Shown here piece by piece: positions 1 through 11,890 of a DNA stretch of 64,000 nt; positions within the stretch are counted from its first letter, which is position 1, and the number at the start of each line of letters is the position of its first letter. This DNA is from Bispira polyomma. Its lineage: Eukaryota. The notes beneath the pieces are model-generated. The model did no database searches, was not told the origin of the DNA, and was given only the letters and a program-made list of their open reading frames with translations. Where the stretch lies: assembly GCA_965649765.1 (NCBI GenBank), contig OZ287748.1, positions 34,906,001-34,970,000 of the forward strand, in the 5' to 3' direction. The translations under genes and the position numbers were made by a program.

Positions 1-727
1 GGTGAACCGAGAGGGGTAGAACTACATGCACGCGACTCGACCCTGTCGAGACGTCTGGTAATATCTGAATTAGCCGTTTCTAACCTCTGAAGCACAGCCA
101 TCACATCCCCGAGATTGGCTTGATTACTGCCGGCCGGATTAGGTTGGGGGGGCCGTTGTATCTGTTAGTAGACCCTCTAAATTCATGGCTAACAGATCCG
201 AAGCATGAGCAGAAGTACCTGTCTTTGTTGTCACCTTCTTACTAGGAGCACGTTTTTTATCCTTAAGTGGCACACTCAAAGGGGTTTTCCTTGTCCTCCC
301 CATAGTTCCAACAATATAAACTTTTGTAATTGTAATTAGACTTTTATTGCGCTTAATCTCCCCTTAACAAAGGGGACTCTAAGGCGTACCAGCACAAAAG
401 ACAGTTATCCAATTGCCAAAATCAAGGGACAGAAAAAAGGGTAAAACAGGTTATAAAATATGTAAAAGCACTTAAAAGTAAAAATAAGAGTTTATTTCCA
501 AGTATTTCCAAATTTAAAATTTCTTGATGTTTACTGTTGAATCACTTAATTCAATATGGTGGAAAGGGGGATAAATAAGTCAAAGCAGAGAGGGCCCCTA
601 ATTGGGTGCCACAAAGGGATAGAGAGAAGAGAGGAGAGGATACCTAAACTAATTAAGGTAGTGTTAAATAAGAAGGGGGGTTTTAGGAACTGAACTATCA
701 GACCCCTGTTGGGTCATGATGTGCAAA
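1..727 (-). mobile_element. 5' part of a YR (DIRS/Ngaro-like) retrotransposon, same family as the 6884-12192 element; continues off the left edge of the window
   Basis: Colinear similarity to about 11589-12192. Gag start ATG at 303 (MGRTRKTPLSVPLKDKKRAP vs MGRTKKTPLSVPLKDKKRAP). Shared terminal motif ggaactgaactatcagacccc..gggtc.tgatgtgcaaa at 686-727. Confidence 0.9.
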
Positions 728-3337
728 CCCTTGTTTTGTATGCCATGCTGAGTCCAATACTGGGAGCAAAGTGGGATCATAATTGGGTGGAGCTGTGGCA
801 ATGTTCAAGTGCTGTATATATTTCTTTTCACAAAAAAGGCAATTCGATTAAATAACTTTCTTCATACGGACATGCAAGCAACCTATTTCATTTGGTTTCA
901 TAACTTGGTGGATTTCATACGCTCTGGAATACATCAAATACCACTTGGTAACTACTCAGACGTTCAGAACTGCTTGGTATCTGACAGAAACTACTCCTAA
1001 TTCTCGTATGTCTTTCCTCAGATAAAATGGAATCATTTAAAGACTACCTGCCAACACTTTAGTCGTAGAAAGAATGAATTGTAAACCTCACATCCTGGCC
1101 ATAATCAAATGGTCATATGTCGTACAATAGACCACCCACCACATTAACATTAAATACCCTTGCACGAGTTTTTCAAGACTATTAAGGATTATAACAGACC
1201 TCTGAAATACTATCATGATTTCTAGTTTTTAGACGGTCTTTAGCAGCTCATAACCACAGTGTGATTGGGGCTTTAAAGCTGGAGACAAAAAATATACAAG
1301 ATGTCTCAGAAAAAAAGTCAATTAGAACTTTCTCTATCAAGACAGGCAACCAACGTATTCAATTTTATTTGGTTCCATAACTTGATTGATTTCAAACCAT
1401 CCTAAATACACCAAATACTAATGTCATTACGTAAAAAAAATATCTGGTCATACCTCTGATTAAGTTGTTTCGAGCATCATATATTAATCTGCAGACAAAA
1501 ATATCTACAAGGTGTGGCACCTCCACATATCTTCCAGAGAGCAGAAATTATGGTATATAAATAGCTTTTTGAGATTACAGTAACATAATTCATCATATAC
1601 AGGAAAATTCTTAATATATTTTGTCACTTGTGGTCACATAATTGTCCTAAATGTAGTACACAAGATTTATCAAACTCCTATTACAAGAATTCGCAAGTTC
1701 AATCTCATTCTGTAGATGTCATTTTACCAGGTCAGCAAAAGGATATTTAGTACTTAAGCCTTAATTATGTCACATAAATGACAGCTTTACCCACAAGCCT
1801 CAGCATTGGATCAATGGTAAAGCAATCCCAAGTATTTGCATTGTGTTTGGTTACTTATCATCTGCTATCAGTACTGAAGAAACGATCTATACTACCTACC
1901 AGTTGTCTAAAATATTAGTTATGGTCTATATACATGTGCTTCAGTGAGAATATAAAGGCATGATAGAGTATACTTCACATTGCAATGACAAAAAAGGAAA
2001 CAAAATGTAAAATATACTGAAGTTAAATTCACTTTCAAATAGTTGTCCATTTTAAAGCAAGTTATATACACCATCTTAAGGACTTTAAGGAGTAAATGAA
2101 AGTTAAGAAATTTTCAAAGATAAGTGTTGACCATTGTCGACATTTTTGAAACAATTTGTGTAATACTATTCAATTTTACTTGGTCTTAATTGGTTAGTTA
2201 GTACTTTATCATTTTGTATGTGTCTTTTTAAAATTCTAAGTTATGACTATGCACTATTTAATACTGCAACCTAACAATTTCAAAGACTTAATATTTACAA
2301 CAATTGTAAATAAAGAGGGTTGGTGTTTCTGTTTATTTATCACGGCTGAAAGAAACCCAAAACTATAAATAAAGCTTAGTTTTTAGTTATTCTCAAAAGC
2401 AAAAACAGACTCAAACTCATAATATAACCATTTATCTATTTGTATGAAGAAAAAACCTCGACACTAAAAATAAACAGCTAATCAATTACACAGTACAAAA
2501 ATACAAATTGCTTAACTTATTTATACAGTTTTTTAATTTGGAAGAGCTTGTTTGGCTGTTATATCTGTGTTTTATCGGCAGAACTATTTTCATATCAGAT
2601 GAATACTTGATCCATTTAGTTCTCCACATTAATGCAGCAAGAAAGATGATTTACAAATTACTACATATAAATATTTGCTTGCTTTAGTTATTCATATACT
2701 CCAGTAATCCATTAAATCTGTTTAAATTTAAAGAGAGATATCAAACACAACAAAAATATTTAAAAAATAATGCCAGGGGTTATCAGTACTTTGTTCGATT
2801 ATGTTTGTCTGCTTATGAATTCAAAATATTTGGAGGAAAACTATAATGTGTGTTAGTATGTAACCAATCCGGATGTTAAGAACATTTGGATGAACCTGCT
2901 CAGTAAATGATAAATAAATAACTAGTCTAATCATATTTTTATATTAGGGCTTGGGGAAAGGGTTTTAGGGGAAAATAAAAGGACAAATGGTTAATATGAC
3001 CTTTAAACTGTATTTCAGACATTATTCAACAGATATTTACCTCAATTATACCTTCGATTATAACTTTGATTATCAGTTTCTGTCAATTTTTCCTCGTGCC
3101 CACATTTTCATATGCAACTTTACAATTCTATATTTTATGCGGGCATAAAACATAGTCTCCAAGTTGTCTACCGTATCCTTGAGTAAACCAGTTTAAAGAT
3201 GGGTTTGTAATTAAAAGGGACTTTTACAACACGTTTAAAGTTGTTATGTTGCTCAAGTTACTTCTCCATATAACAAACGTAAGATATTTTTGAATATAAC
3301 AACTCTTATAACATGTTTTGTTTTGTAAATTTCAGGA

Positions 3338-3604
3338 GGGGGCTGCGGTGGCCTAGTGGTAAGCAAGCATTGCGCTTCACAATCACTGGTCTCTCACCTC
3401 TGGGATCGGCTGGAGTGGGTTCGACTCCCGTCAATGCCTATGTGGGAAAGGTGGTAGTTCCTTACTGTGGGCTGCTGGTTTCAGTGCAGAATCTTGATCA
3501 ACTGTATGCAGTGTTTCCTCCACCGTTTCCAACTACCCGTCCCAATATAACCTAAACAGGTACTAGAGTGGACGTTCAATATCCCAATTAAAAAAAAAAA
3601 ATTA
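3338..3604 (+). mobile_element. tRNA-derived SINE with 12-bp target-site duplication
   Basis: Pol III A box TGGCCTAGTGG, B box GGTTCGACTCC and an A-rich tail at about 3590-3600. TSD taaatttcagga at 3326-3337 and 3605-3616. Confidence 0.9.
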
Positions 3605-4262
3605 TAAATTTCAGGACTTTTAGGGTATTATTGTTAAATGCAAAGGTTTAACAGAGAAATAATATTTTTTTAAGAGTACAGAATGCATAGCGCCTTTAAT
3701 GTGACCACATCTTTTACCAAGTAGAACTGGCAGAATAATACATATATGGCAAGGTGATTTATTCTTTTGGTGTTTCATGGTTAAAGTATTGCTTTATGAA
3801 AGCTGACACTATCACGATATTGCTAGGCCCAGACTAATAAATTATGAGCTTCTGCAATTTCAATATGAATAGCTTTGGCGATGGTCCACTAAAATTGTTC
3901 AAGTGAAAACAAATATTGCAAACAAATGATTAAAAAGAAAAGTAATGTGTTATTTTCCAGTGGTTAATGTGCTAAAACTAATAACATTTAACCCATTTTA
4001 AGAGAGAGGTTCCTTTATTGAACATAAGAGTAAGTTTTATTCCAACCATAATGATGAAAAAGAAACCTTATTAAAAATAAAATGCAAAACATAATATTCT
4101 TTAATCTTTATACATTTTTATAATTATAATGTTGTTGTTCTTTTGAAGAGAGTGGGGGATTTTTTACTTTCCTTTTGCCATTTGGTGCTATCTGGCTATA
4201 GCAAATGAACCCTGGTACCACATTATGTAAACACTCTACAAGTTCATTTATGCCATACTCCT

Positions 4263-4351
4263 GGGCCCGTATTCATAAGTCTTTGGTTTAAATCTAGCAC
4301 AAAAGTATACTGATTTAAGACTTGGCTAAGTCTGTTAGTGAATACGGGCCC
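4263..4351. mobile_element. Tiny MITE / internally deleted DNA transposon
   Basis: 13-bp perfect terminal inverted repeats gggcccgtattca ... tgaatacgggccc. Confidence 0.6.
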
Positions 4352-7082
4352 TTGGAGTTCCTGTCTCACTGTTAAAGAATGGCCATCACATTGCTTTTTA
4401 TCTCAGAGGGCGGAGCCGCTAGTAGTTTGTTTGGTCATTTCGAGAGCTGTAAGAAACAGTTTAAATCAGGATTTAAAGCAAAATTATGGGAAAATGAATT
4501 ATTTCAGATTTTTTTAGTTGTAATTTATACATTGACAGATAGACAGATAATGTTGGTTTACTCTTAGGTAGACAGCTTCAGAAATAGATATATGTCTCCG
4601 AGATTTCTGGCTGTAAGGTAATGTCCTTTGTTGCTGTATTAGTCATCCTGTTAACACAATTTAAATACCAAAATCTAGATTTTGTTAAATGAGTTGTAGG
4701 GGCGTATCAATTGTATAAATTGTAACAAGACGAAAAATGTTTGTATCACTATTTGTAACAAGCATTAAAAAACGAATGCAGTATTATCGTCATAAAAGGA
4801 TTTGCTTTGCAATTTTTTTTCTGATCTCTGAAGAGATCTGGTCAAATCCGACTGTTTCGTTCATGTCACAAGTTATTGTCATAAGTGAGGGGTTTACTGT
4901 ATATATCTATATATGATTTTTGAACACTGATCATTTTTCTTATGGCAACCATATAACACCATAAAAAACATTCTTTTTGGCCACCTTTTACATGTATATT
5001 GTGTCAAATCATAGTCTTCCTTTTCATTATAACCAAGTGTTTATATGTTTTTGGATTTGTTTCGGAGACTGCCAACAGAATCTGTGTGGTAACCTCAGAA
5101 TGACATGTGTTTACAAAAACACCAGACTGATTATTGGGCAGATTAAAAGACTAGTTTAAGTAAGCAGATATCCATCAATTCTCCAGTGTGGTGCTGCAGT
5201 AGATAAGGCCCACTGACAGTTGAGGTCTACCGTGTGTTTGAATGAGAATAAAGTTTCAAAAATTGTTTTTCAATACGTCTTCAAAACATTGCTTCATTAT
5301 CTGTGTCATGATATTTTCAGTATCACAATATTCATGATAAAATATTAAATTAAATGCTTTTCAGAGATATTTACTATATGCAATTATAGGCGGGCCTTAA
5401 CTGTACAGGATCTTTATTTCATGTAGCACCCTTAGAGGAAGAGGCGCAAAACATGCATTACAACGGCCTGCTAGTCTCTAGAGTTGTTGACACTAAACAC
5501 AGGCTGTCAAGGTCAGCCCCTACAGTAAACTTTTGGGCACAGAGGTATCTATATCTAAGGTTTTATTAGAAAAGACTGGTTCCTTGTAGCATGGGGGTGC
5601 TTTGTTTTATTAACACAGAGGCCCAAAAAGAGCACTTTGACGTGGATTAGATTACTTTACTATTCCTTTTATAGTTTTATTGGGTGAATGTCACATGGAA
5701 TAATGCTAGAGACCAGAAGGACTTGAAAGAAAACTTCTGAAACTTACTTATTGCACTAATTATCATTCACTAATAAAAATTTGGAAGAAAATCGAAAAAC
5801 AGTTTTGAAGCATTATTGGAGCAATTGCAAGAAAACTTATGTGTCAATTTGCCTTATTGTTTCTTTGTTGTTTGCCTTATAACTACAAAAAGGGTTTGGG
5901 TTGAAAATCCTGAGTGTGTTAGCATGTAACCGATCCTGGGGACTTAGATTAACCTTCTCAGTATTCTAAAATAGATGATAATCCAGTGGACTGACAAATG
6001 CTTGTATGTGTGTAAACATATAAAATTGGTTAAGTGTAATATTATTACATTTGGCCTAGCGAAAACCTTTAAAATAAACAAATGGAGGTTAAATGGCCTT
6101 TTAATTGAGCAAAACAAACGATCTTATTAGTCCGACAACACAAATATATGTAACAGAAACATCCATACTATAGAACTTCGTGGGTTGTGTTACATATACA
6201 TAGTCGTATCCCAGTTTATGGTGCATATGTACCATTCTTGAAAGTTAAACTTTAGAGATAATAGATTCATGAGATATTTTAGTGTCACATGCAAGCTTAA
6301 CACAAAAACTGAGTTAAATGCAATGGTACAGCTGCACGGGGCTAAATGAACCCACATAATTTTCCTCTAGAGATATGCTATTTCTATTTAAAAGAAGCAG
6401 CAAACCATACATCACAGCAATATGTTGTTGTCGAGGGTATTTTGCTTTGTCTGAGTCAGGCTTAGGGGGTCAACAAGGGGGGGTACTCAGGAAATATATA
6501 TCCCATAGTTATATGACGTATAAGCTTCCTTCTGTCCTATAAATAAGATCCTGGAATTGTTGCTTATAATCAAGGCCCAAATATATAAGTGACTATTCTG
6601 TTTATGACCAGTATCACCACATATAGATTCCAATGTGATGGTGGGCTTATGCAATACGGGTAAAATACACCAGGAAAGCCAATTAATATCAAGGTTTATG
6701 TTGCTTATAATTTTAGTTGCCTTTTTGTTAAAGCTTACCTCGATAGAAATGAAGTCAAATAGCCACCACCAGTAACTAACGTTACCAATGTTATCACATT
6801 TTCATTAAAAAGCATCTCAAATCAGAATATTTTGATAACCATATGCCATAGCCACAGTGAGATCAAAACAAACAATCTGGTATCAGTTCCCAATGGAGTG
6901 TGAAGTGACCTTAAGGTAAGTAAAAGGTCAAGTATGATTACTAAGGTAGGTGAGAAGTTAAGTATGAATACCATTCATGTTTGGAGAAATTTATTCTGTA
7001 CAAGTTAGTTCTATATACAGGTAGGTAAAAAGTAGTTTAAAATTTAACTTGGGTAAAATTTTAAAATAAACCCAAACCCAAA

Positions 7083-8033
7083 CTAAAGGGAAGAGGGATT
7101 GATGGACGCAAAAGTGCTTGGGAGGAAGAGTGCTGGAGGTAGGCCCAGATGGCTGGGCTGCGCCAAAGCCCATGGGACATTATGTGTTGCAAGGACACAT
7201 TGTTATTAAACGACAAAGATGCCCCCGACCTACGAAATGTATGAAACCCGTGGTAACTGTGGTCTACCCCTAGATGCTGTAACACACTCTTGAGTGCTGA
7301 TCTAATGTGTGAATCCACTATTATTGAGTGAGGAGGGGAAGAGGATGCAAAAAGGGGGGCAGAGGGTGAAATGTCCCTAGATTGAAGGGGTTTGGTGAGA
7401 GCAGAAATGGGGCACAGTAATTTATTTTGTAGCACAGGCAGTTGGACTACATGAGTGTCAGTCCTATTCTGCATGTTTTTAGCCCACTTGAGGATAAGAT
7501 GTGCTCCCAGTGGGCCAAAGATTACATCTTGTCTCAGGAAGTGTCTGGTAGGATCAAACCTACTCCTGGAATGGGGGGCAATATTTGACATCCTAAAGGA
7601 ACCAAAGAAAGCGACTAAAAAGATGGCCTATATAAGACAGGGTCATTTAAAATGGAACATGTTCTAGAGATGTTTTGAAGCATTAGGATGTCATAAATGC
7701 CTTTCTTTTGGGGCTTAAAGCTAGAGGAGAGTGCCAAGCTCCTCAGAAACATGGACACAGAGTTGTGACTTAAAACCTGTGTGTTAAGATTGTAGTTAGA
7801 GAACATGAACTTAAGAGCAGTGACATAGTTGTTCATTACTCCAGGAGAGATATTGTTCTGAGTGAGGTACTCCAGAAATGCCAGAATAGAATGTACTGAG
7901 ACCTGTTGTAGGCCTGAATAATGAAGACATGCTAAGAAAGTCTTGAATTATGAGTTATAGGAACTGGTTGTAGAAGCAGAATCTAGTCGCTGTACTGCTG
8001 CCAGAACCAGAGGTAATGTTGATGGGGCTGCAC
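7083..8033 (-). pseudogene. Tyrosine recombinase (YR) of the retroelement; one nonsense codon and frameshifts near 7615 and 7120
   Basis: Catalytic motifs FRMSNIAP (R), HTFRRSGA (HxxR) and HGLWRSPAIWAY (W..Y). ORF-track pieces 7615-7836 and 7061-7591. The frame extends up to a splice-acceptor-like site at 8034/8033. The homologous copy at 27599-28549 defines the true C-terminus (STFAS...PSSL*). Confidence 0.92.
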
Positions 8034-8039
8034 CTGTAA

Positions 8040-10427
8040 TCATATAATATAATTTAAGTTAAAAAAATCCACAGGTATTTGCCTCCAGTGATAAGTGCCT
8101 AGCTCTTCAATTATGGGTCCCTTAGGAGGATTAGCAGAATGGATGCGAGATAATGCATCCGCCTTAATGTTTTTCTTACCCCTAATGTGTTTAATATTTA
8201 AAGTTATGTCAAAAGTAGAAGTTAAAAGCCATATATTTCTAATGCAAGTTGCAAGGAAAGAATCCTTAGTTTTACTAGTGTCAACAACTAACACCACAGC
8301 CAGATTATCACACCATACCGTGACTCTCTGGTGAGCCCAGTCTTTACCCCATAACTTTAAGGCTATGATAATATTCAACATTTCTAATTGTGTAATGGCC
8401 AATATTCTGTTATAAATGTTATATATAGGAGTGGCATAAATTTCTTTGTTCCAAATACCGCCGAAACCCGTCAGGCAAGCATCTAAATGGAATTCTTGCA
8501 TATGTTCAATATCCTTGGGTGTAATATATGTGATGCCGTTATATGCAGGAAGAAAAGATAAGAACCAATCAATATCTTGTCTCATGTTGTGTGTAACCTT
8601 AAATCTTTTGGCATGGGGGTTATTTCTGAAAACAGCTAAAAGTCTATTGATAAAAATTTTAGCAGGGCGAACACACTTATGCACATAAAGGAGTTTCCCT
8701 AGCAAAGATTGAAATTTTGTTCCAGACAACCAATATTTCTGAATAACAACTTGAAGTTCCTGATAGATTGAATTAATCTTGTCTTGGTTAATACTAGTTG
8801 TGCCCTTCTTTATGTCTATGTCTATTCCTAAAAAGGTAGTAAAAGTGCTGGGAACGACTGATTTTTCTTGGTTAATGGAGAGACCAAGCTTCAGAAGAAT
8901 GTCATGAAGAAGGTCATAACTTATGCTAGCCCTATCTTTGGTGCAAATGCAGGCATAATCATCAATGTAACAGAACAAAGTGAAGCCCTGAGCCCTCATA
9001 TAGTCGGCCACAATGTCCGAACATCTCTGAAACGCCGCGCTGCCGTGCGCCCAGCCGAACACAACGGCAGCGTCGACATAAGAGCAATTGTCCCAATTTA
9101 TGCCAAATTTGATGGCATCAACGGGATCAACCCGTAGATTCCTGAATGCCCTAGAAACGTCCGTTTTAAACATGACTGGGTCATTGGTGTTTCTAATTGT
9201 TTCAGTAATGTTGTCTAATGTAGGAAATCTGAGAGCAAACTTAGTTCCGTCAAAAGTGTCCCTGGGGACCTGACTATTTACTGAGAGGTCATAAGGAAAA
9301 GACAAATTAAGAATGATTCTACGCTTGTCCGTGTCTTTTGGTCTGGTTAGCAGGGGTGAATCGTGATAATGTTTGTCCATTACCCGTGTAACTGGGCCCA
9401 GAATGGCACCCTTAGACTTTTCCTTTTCTAGATATTTTAGCTCCTCCTGAGGGTATTGCATAGCAGAGTGGTGATTGCTTAAGTTATTGTTATGTAATAG
9501 TTGAGGATTTTCAAGAGACAGAGGGAATCCGAACTTAAGGTACTGGAGCAAGATTTTGTCATGATGTCCTGTAAGTATATCTTCCCACGCCTTAATGTTG
9601 AGGCCATAATTTAAGGGAATTCTAGCAGCCCTATAATTAGGAACACCTGTGTCTCTAATAATTTGAGCTATTCCTAGCATTTGATCTACAGTGGTAATAG
9701 CAAGAGGTTTCCTATCTGGGCCAATAAATTCGAAATCCTTATTTGAGAGCTTAATGAAGCCAATGGCCTTTGAGTTGTGGTGAATATCAGTGACCTTATG
9801 TTTAGTTGAAGAACCGTGTCTTTTGTTGTGTTCAATCAAGGTAGCAATATATTCGCTGTCGTGGTCGACCGACCAGCCAGCTTGTTTGGAAGAAGAACGG
9901 ACGGACGTGATACTAGCATTGTCTGTTTCACCATCAATGTCCAACATGGGTGCATTATTATTATCCCCAGTGGACTCATCTTTGTCAATAATTTCATCAA
10001 TTAGATTTTCAATATACTGTGTATAATCACAGCCATAATTATTTTGACATTCCAGGTCTCTGTTATAGTAGTAGGGAACATTGCTGGCCTGTTGCCTTTG
10101 CTCTAGAGTATACTGATTCTGAACCCAAAGAGTAGGGTCAATATAAACTATAAGTTCTACAGTTGATTTGATTTCCAAGTAAGCCTCAGGGATGTGCCTA
10201 CAGGGACTAAAATGGTAATAACCATTCATATCAGAATTTATATAACAGAAACCGGAAGCCACAGGCAAGTCATGCACATTTAAATACACAACGTTACTTG
10301 GATTGTAAATGCCTTCACTCGGCCAGTTACATGTATGTACAGTAGTCGAGTAACTAAAGCCATCATGGCCCATATCATTGTCATCATATCTACAGTCTCT
10401 AAATTCTGTGTTATTTACATCAGTCAT
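8040..10427 (-). CDS. Reverse transcriptase-RNase H (pol) of YR retrotransposon, 795 aa from first ATG; frame extends upstream to the gag stop at 10749
   Basis: RT motifs KRRIILNLS, FKTDVSRAFRNL, FGWAHGSAAFQR, YIDD and FLGIDID. RNase H motifs HLDACLTGFGG, ITQLEMLNIIIAL, WCDN and HIRGKKNIKADALSR. Confidence 0.95.
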   Translation of the reverse strand: MTDVNNTEFRDCRYDDNDMGHDGFSYSTTVHTCNWPSEGIYNPSNVVYLNVHDLPVASGFCYINSDMNGYYHFSPCRHIPEAYLEIKSTVELIVYIDPTLWVQNQYTLEQRQQASNVPYYYNRDLECQNNYGCDYTQYIENLIDEIIDKDESTGDNNNAPMLDIDGETDNASITSVRSSSKQAGWSVDHDSEYIATLIEHNKRHGSSTKHKVTDIHHNSKAIGFIKLSNKDFEFIGPDRKPLAITTVDQMLGIAQIIRDTGVPNYRAARIPLNYGLNIKAWEDILTGHHDKILLQYLKFGFPLSLENPQLLHNNNLSNHHSAMQYPQEELKYLEKEKSKGAILGPVTRVMDKHYHDSPLLTRPKDTDKRRIILNLSFPYDLSVNSQVPRDTFDGTKFALRFPTLDNITETIRNTNDPVMFKTDVSRAFRNLRVDPVDAIKFGINWDNCSYVDAAVVFGWAHGSAAFQRCSDIVADYMRAQGFTLFCYIDDYACICTKDRASISYDLLHDILLKLGLSINQEKSVVPSTFTTFLGIDIDIKKGTTSINQDKINSIYQELQVVIQKYWLSGTKFQSLLGKLLYVHKCVRPAKIFINRLLAVFRNNPHAKRFKVTHNMRQDIDWFLSFLPAYNGITYITPKDIEHMQEFHLDACLTGFGGIWNKEIYATPIYNIYNRILAITQLEMLNIIIALKLWGKDWAHQRVTVWCDNLAVVLVVDTSKTKDSFLATCIRNIWLLTSTFDITLNIKHIRGKKNIKADALSRIHSANPPKGPIIEELGTYHWRQIPVDFFNLNYII

Positions 10428-10748
10428 TACTGCAGAATTAGTAGCTTTTGAAGAACAATTTACCGTGCAATTACTACTACAACTCTACCAAAAATTGTCA
10501 TTATGTTCTCCATAATTATAGTCAATAATGCCCTCATTCAATGCAGGCTGTAAAACACTGTCTGTTTGACATTTCCCTAAAATATTACCACTATCAAGCC
10601 AACCTTTATCACTATTATCCAACAAAGTTATGTCAGTCTCTTGCTGATTAAGTTTTACACTACTACAAACACAAGACATATCATTTACCCTGCTACTAAA
10701 ACACCTACACTTTCTAATTGTTCTTTCAGTTAGTTGTTGACTGTACCC

Positions 10749-11890
10749 CTAAGCTTTATTTCCTTGATTTTGGTTGCTTTTGTTGTTATTCTTCTCACAT
10801 TTAGCCGCCGGGTGGGAAACATCTGTGTTGAGAACTCTGTAGCAGTAAGAACAAATATGTCTGTACTGCCCGTGGTCCCCTTCTTGATTGCATTTACTGA
10901 GGTTATAAAATTTGCATAATAGCTTGCCTTTCTGAATAGCCGTTCCTATGCTTGGCTGCTGACTGTTCAAAACTGTCAGCTGAGAAACACTCATACGGGT
11001 CAACGCCCACTGAGTAGCATCCCTCCAGTGGAGGCGCCCCTCCTCCACCTCTTGCATATTGGCAGCCCATGCTGCCCTGACTGCTGGCCATGGGAGAGAG
11101 GAAGCGTCCTTCAACGAATTTATCACCTGGTCAAGCCTTTGCCTCAATAAAGTTGGGTCTTGTACTTGAGATACATTAACAGTTGGCCGGCCGCCCATTG
11201 AGGAAGTGTGAGGTCGTTAAATGCGGGTCTCTTTTTGCTAGATACCCCAGTACAACCCTCATTCAGCCACCTGAGTTGTGGATCCGCATTGGCGATGTCG
11301 GTAGTATTATAGCGTCCTGACTTTTGACGCAGTAGTGGCTTACCTTGGGTAAGTTCTGTGCACAGCTGGGCGTCGTATGAAGCGAGACGATGATTCACGG
11401 CTGCAGTCACCTCTGGGAGTGATCTCAGCACATCAACTTTTGGAATAATGCCGTCTCTCTGGTAGTCGTTGTGTGATACCTTTGGCTGTTGATAAATCGG
11501 GCCCCGAACGTGATCCCTGGGAGGTAGCAGGAGAGCGAACTCGTCCGTCTGTCGCTGTTCCAAAATCGTCCCGTTTCTGGAGGCTGAAGGTGAGCCTACA
11601 GGGGTAGAACTGCATGAACACGACTCGACCCTGTCGAGACGTCTGTTGATGTCTGAGTTAGCCATTTCCAACCTCTGAAGCACGGCCATAACGTCCCCGA
11701 GATTAGCTTGGCTATTACCGGTCAGATTGTATTGTGAAGCTGTTGTATCGGTCAACAAGCCCTCTAAATTCATTGCTATGGGATCCCTAACACGAGAAGA
11801 AGTACCTGCCTTTGTTGTTAGTTTCTTGGTAGGCGCCCGTTTCTTATCCTTGAGTGGCACACTTAAAGGAGTTTTCTTTGTCCTCCCCAT
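10749..11890 (-). pseudogene. gag-like ORF1 with C-terminal Cys/His zinc-finger; split by a 1-nt deletion near 11180
   Basis: ORF-track pieces 11144-11908 and 10749-11198. C-terminus CKFYNLSKCNQEGDHGQYRHICSYC..HPAAKC. The homolog at about 58870-58980 reads QWVAGKVSNALQVAD..LKDAASFPWP in one frame, showing that the shift is a mutation. Confidence 0.85.

Noticed and set aside
840-1420. Two similar segments of about 100 bp (about 845-945 and 1320-1420)
   Set aside because: Old dispersed repeat fragments with no definable ends or function.
3338-3440. tRNA gene
   Set aside because: A and B boxes are present but there is no compact cloverleaf. A long 3' body, A-tail and TSD indicate a SINE.
11170-11200. 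Programmed frameshift within gag
   Set aside because: No slippery heptamer. The homolog at about 58940-58980 reads through in one frame, so this is a 1-nt deletion.
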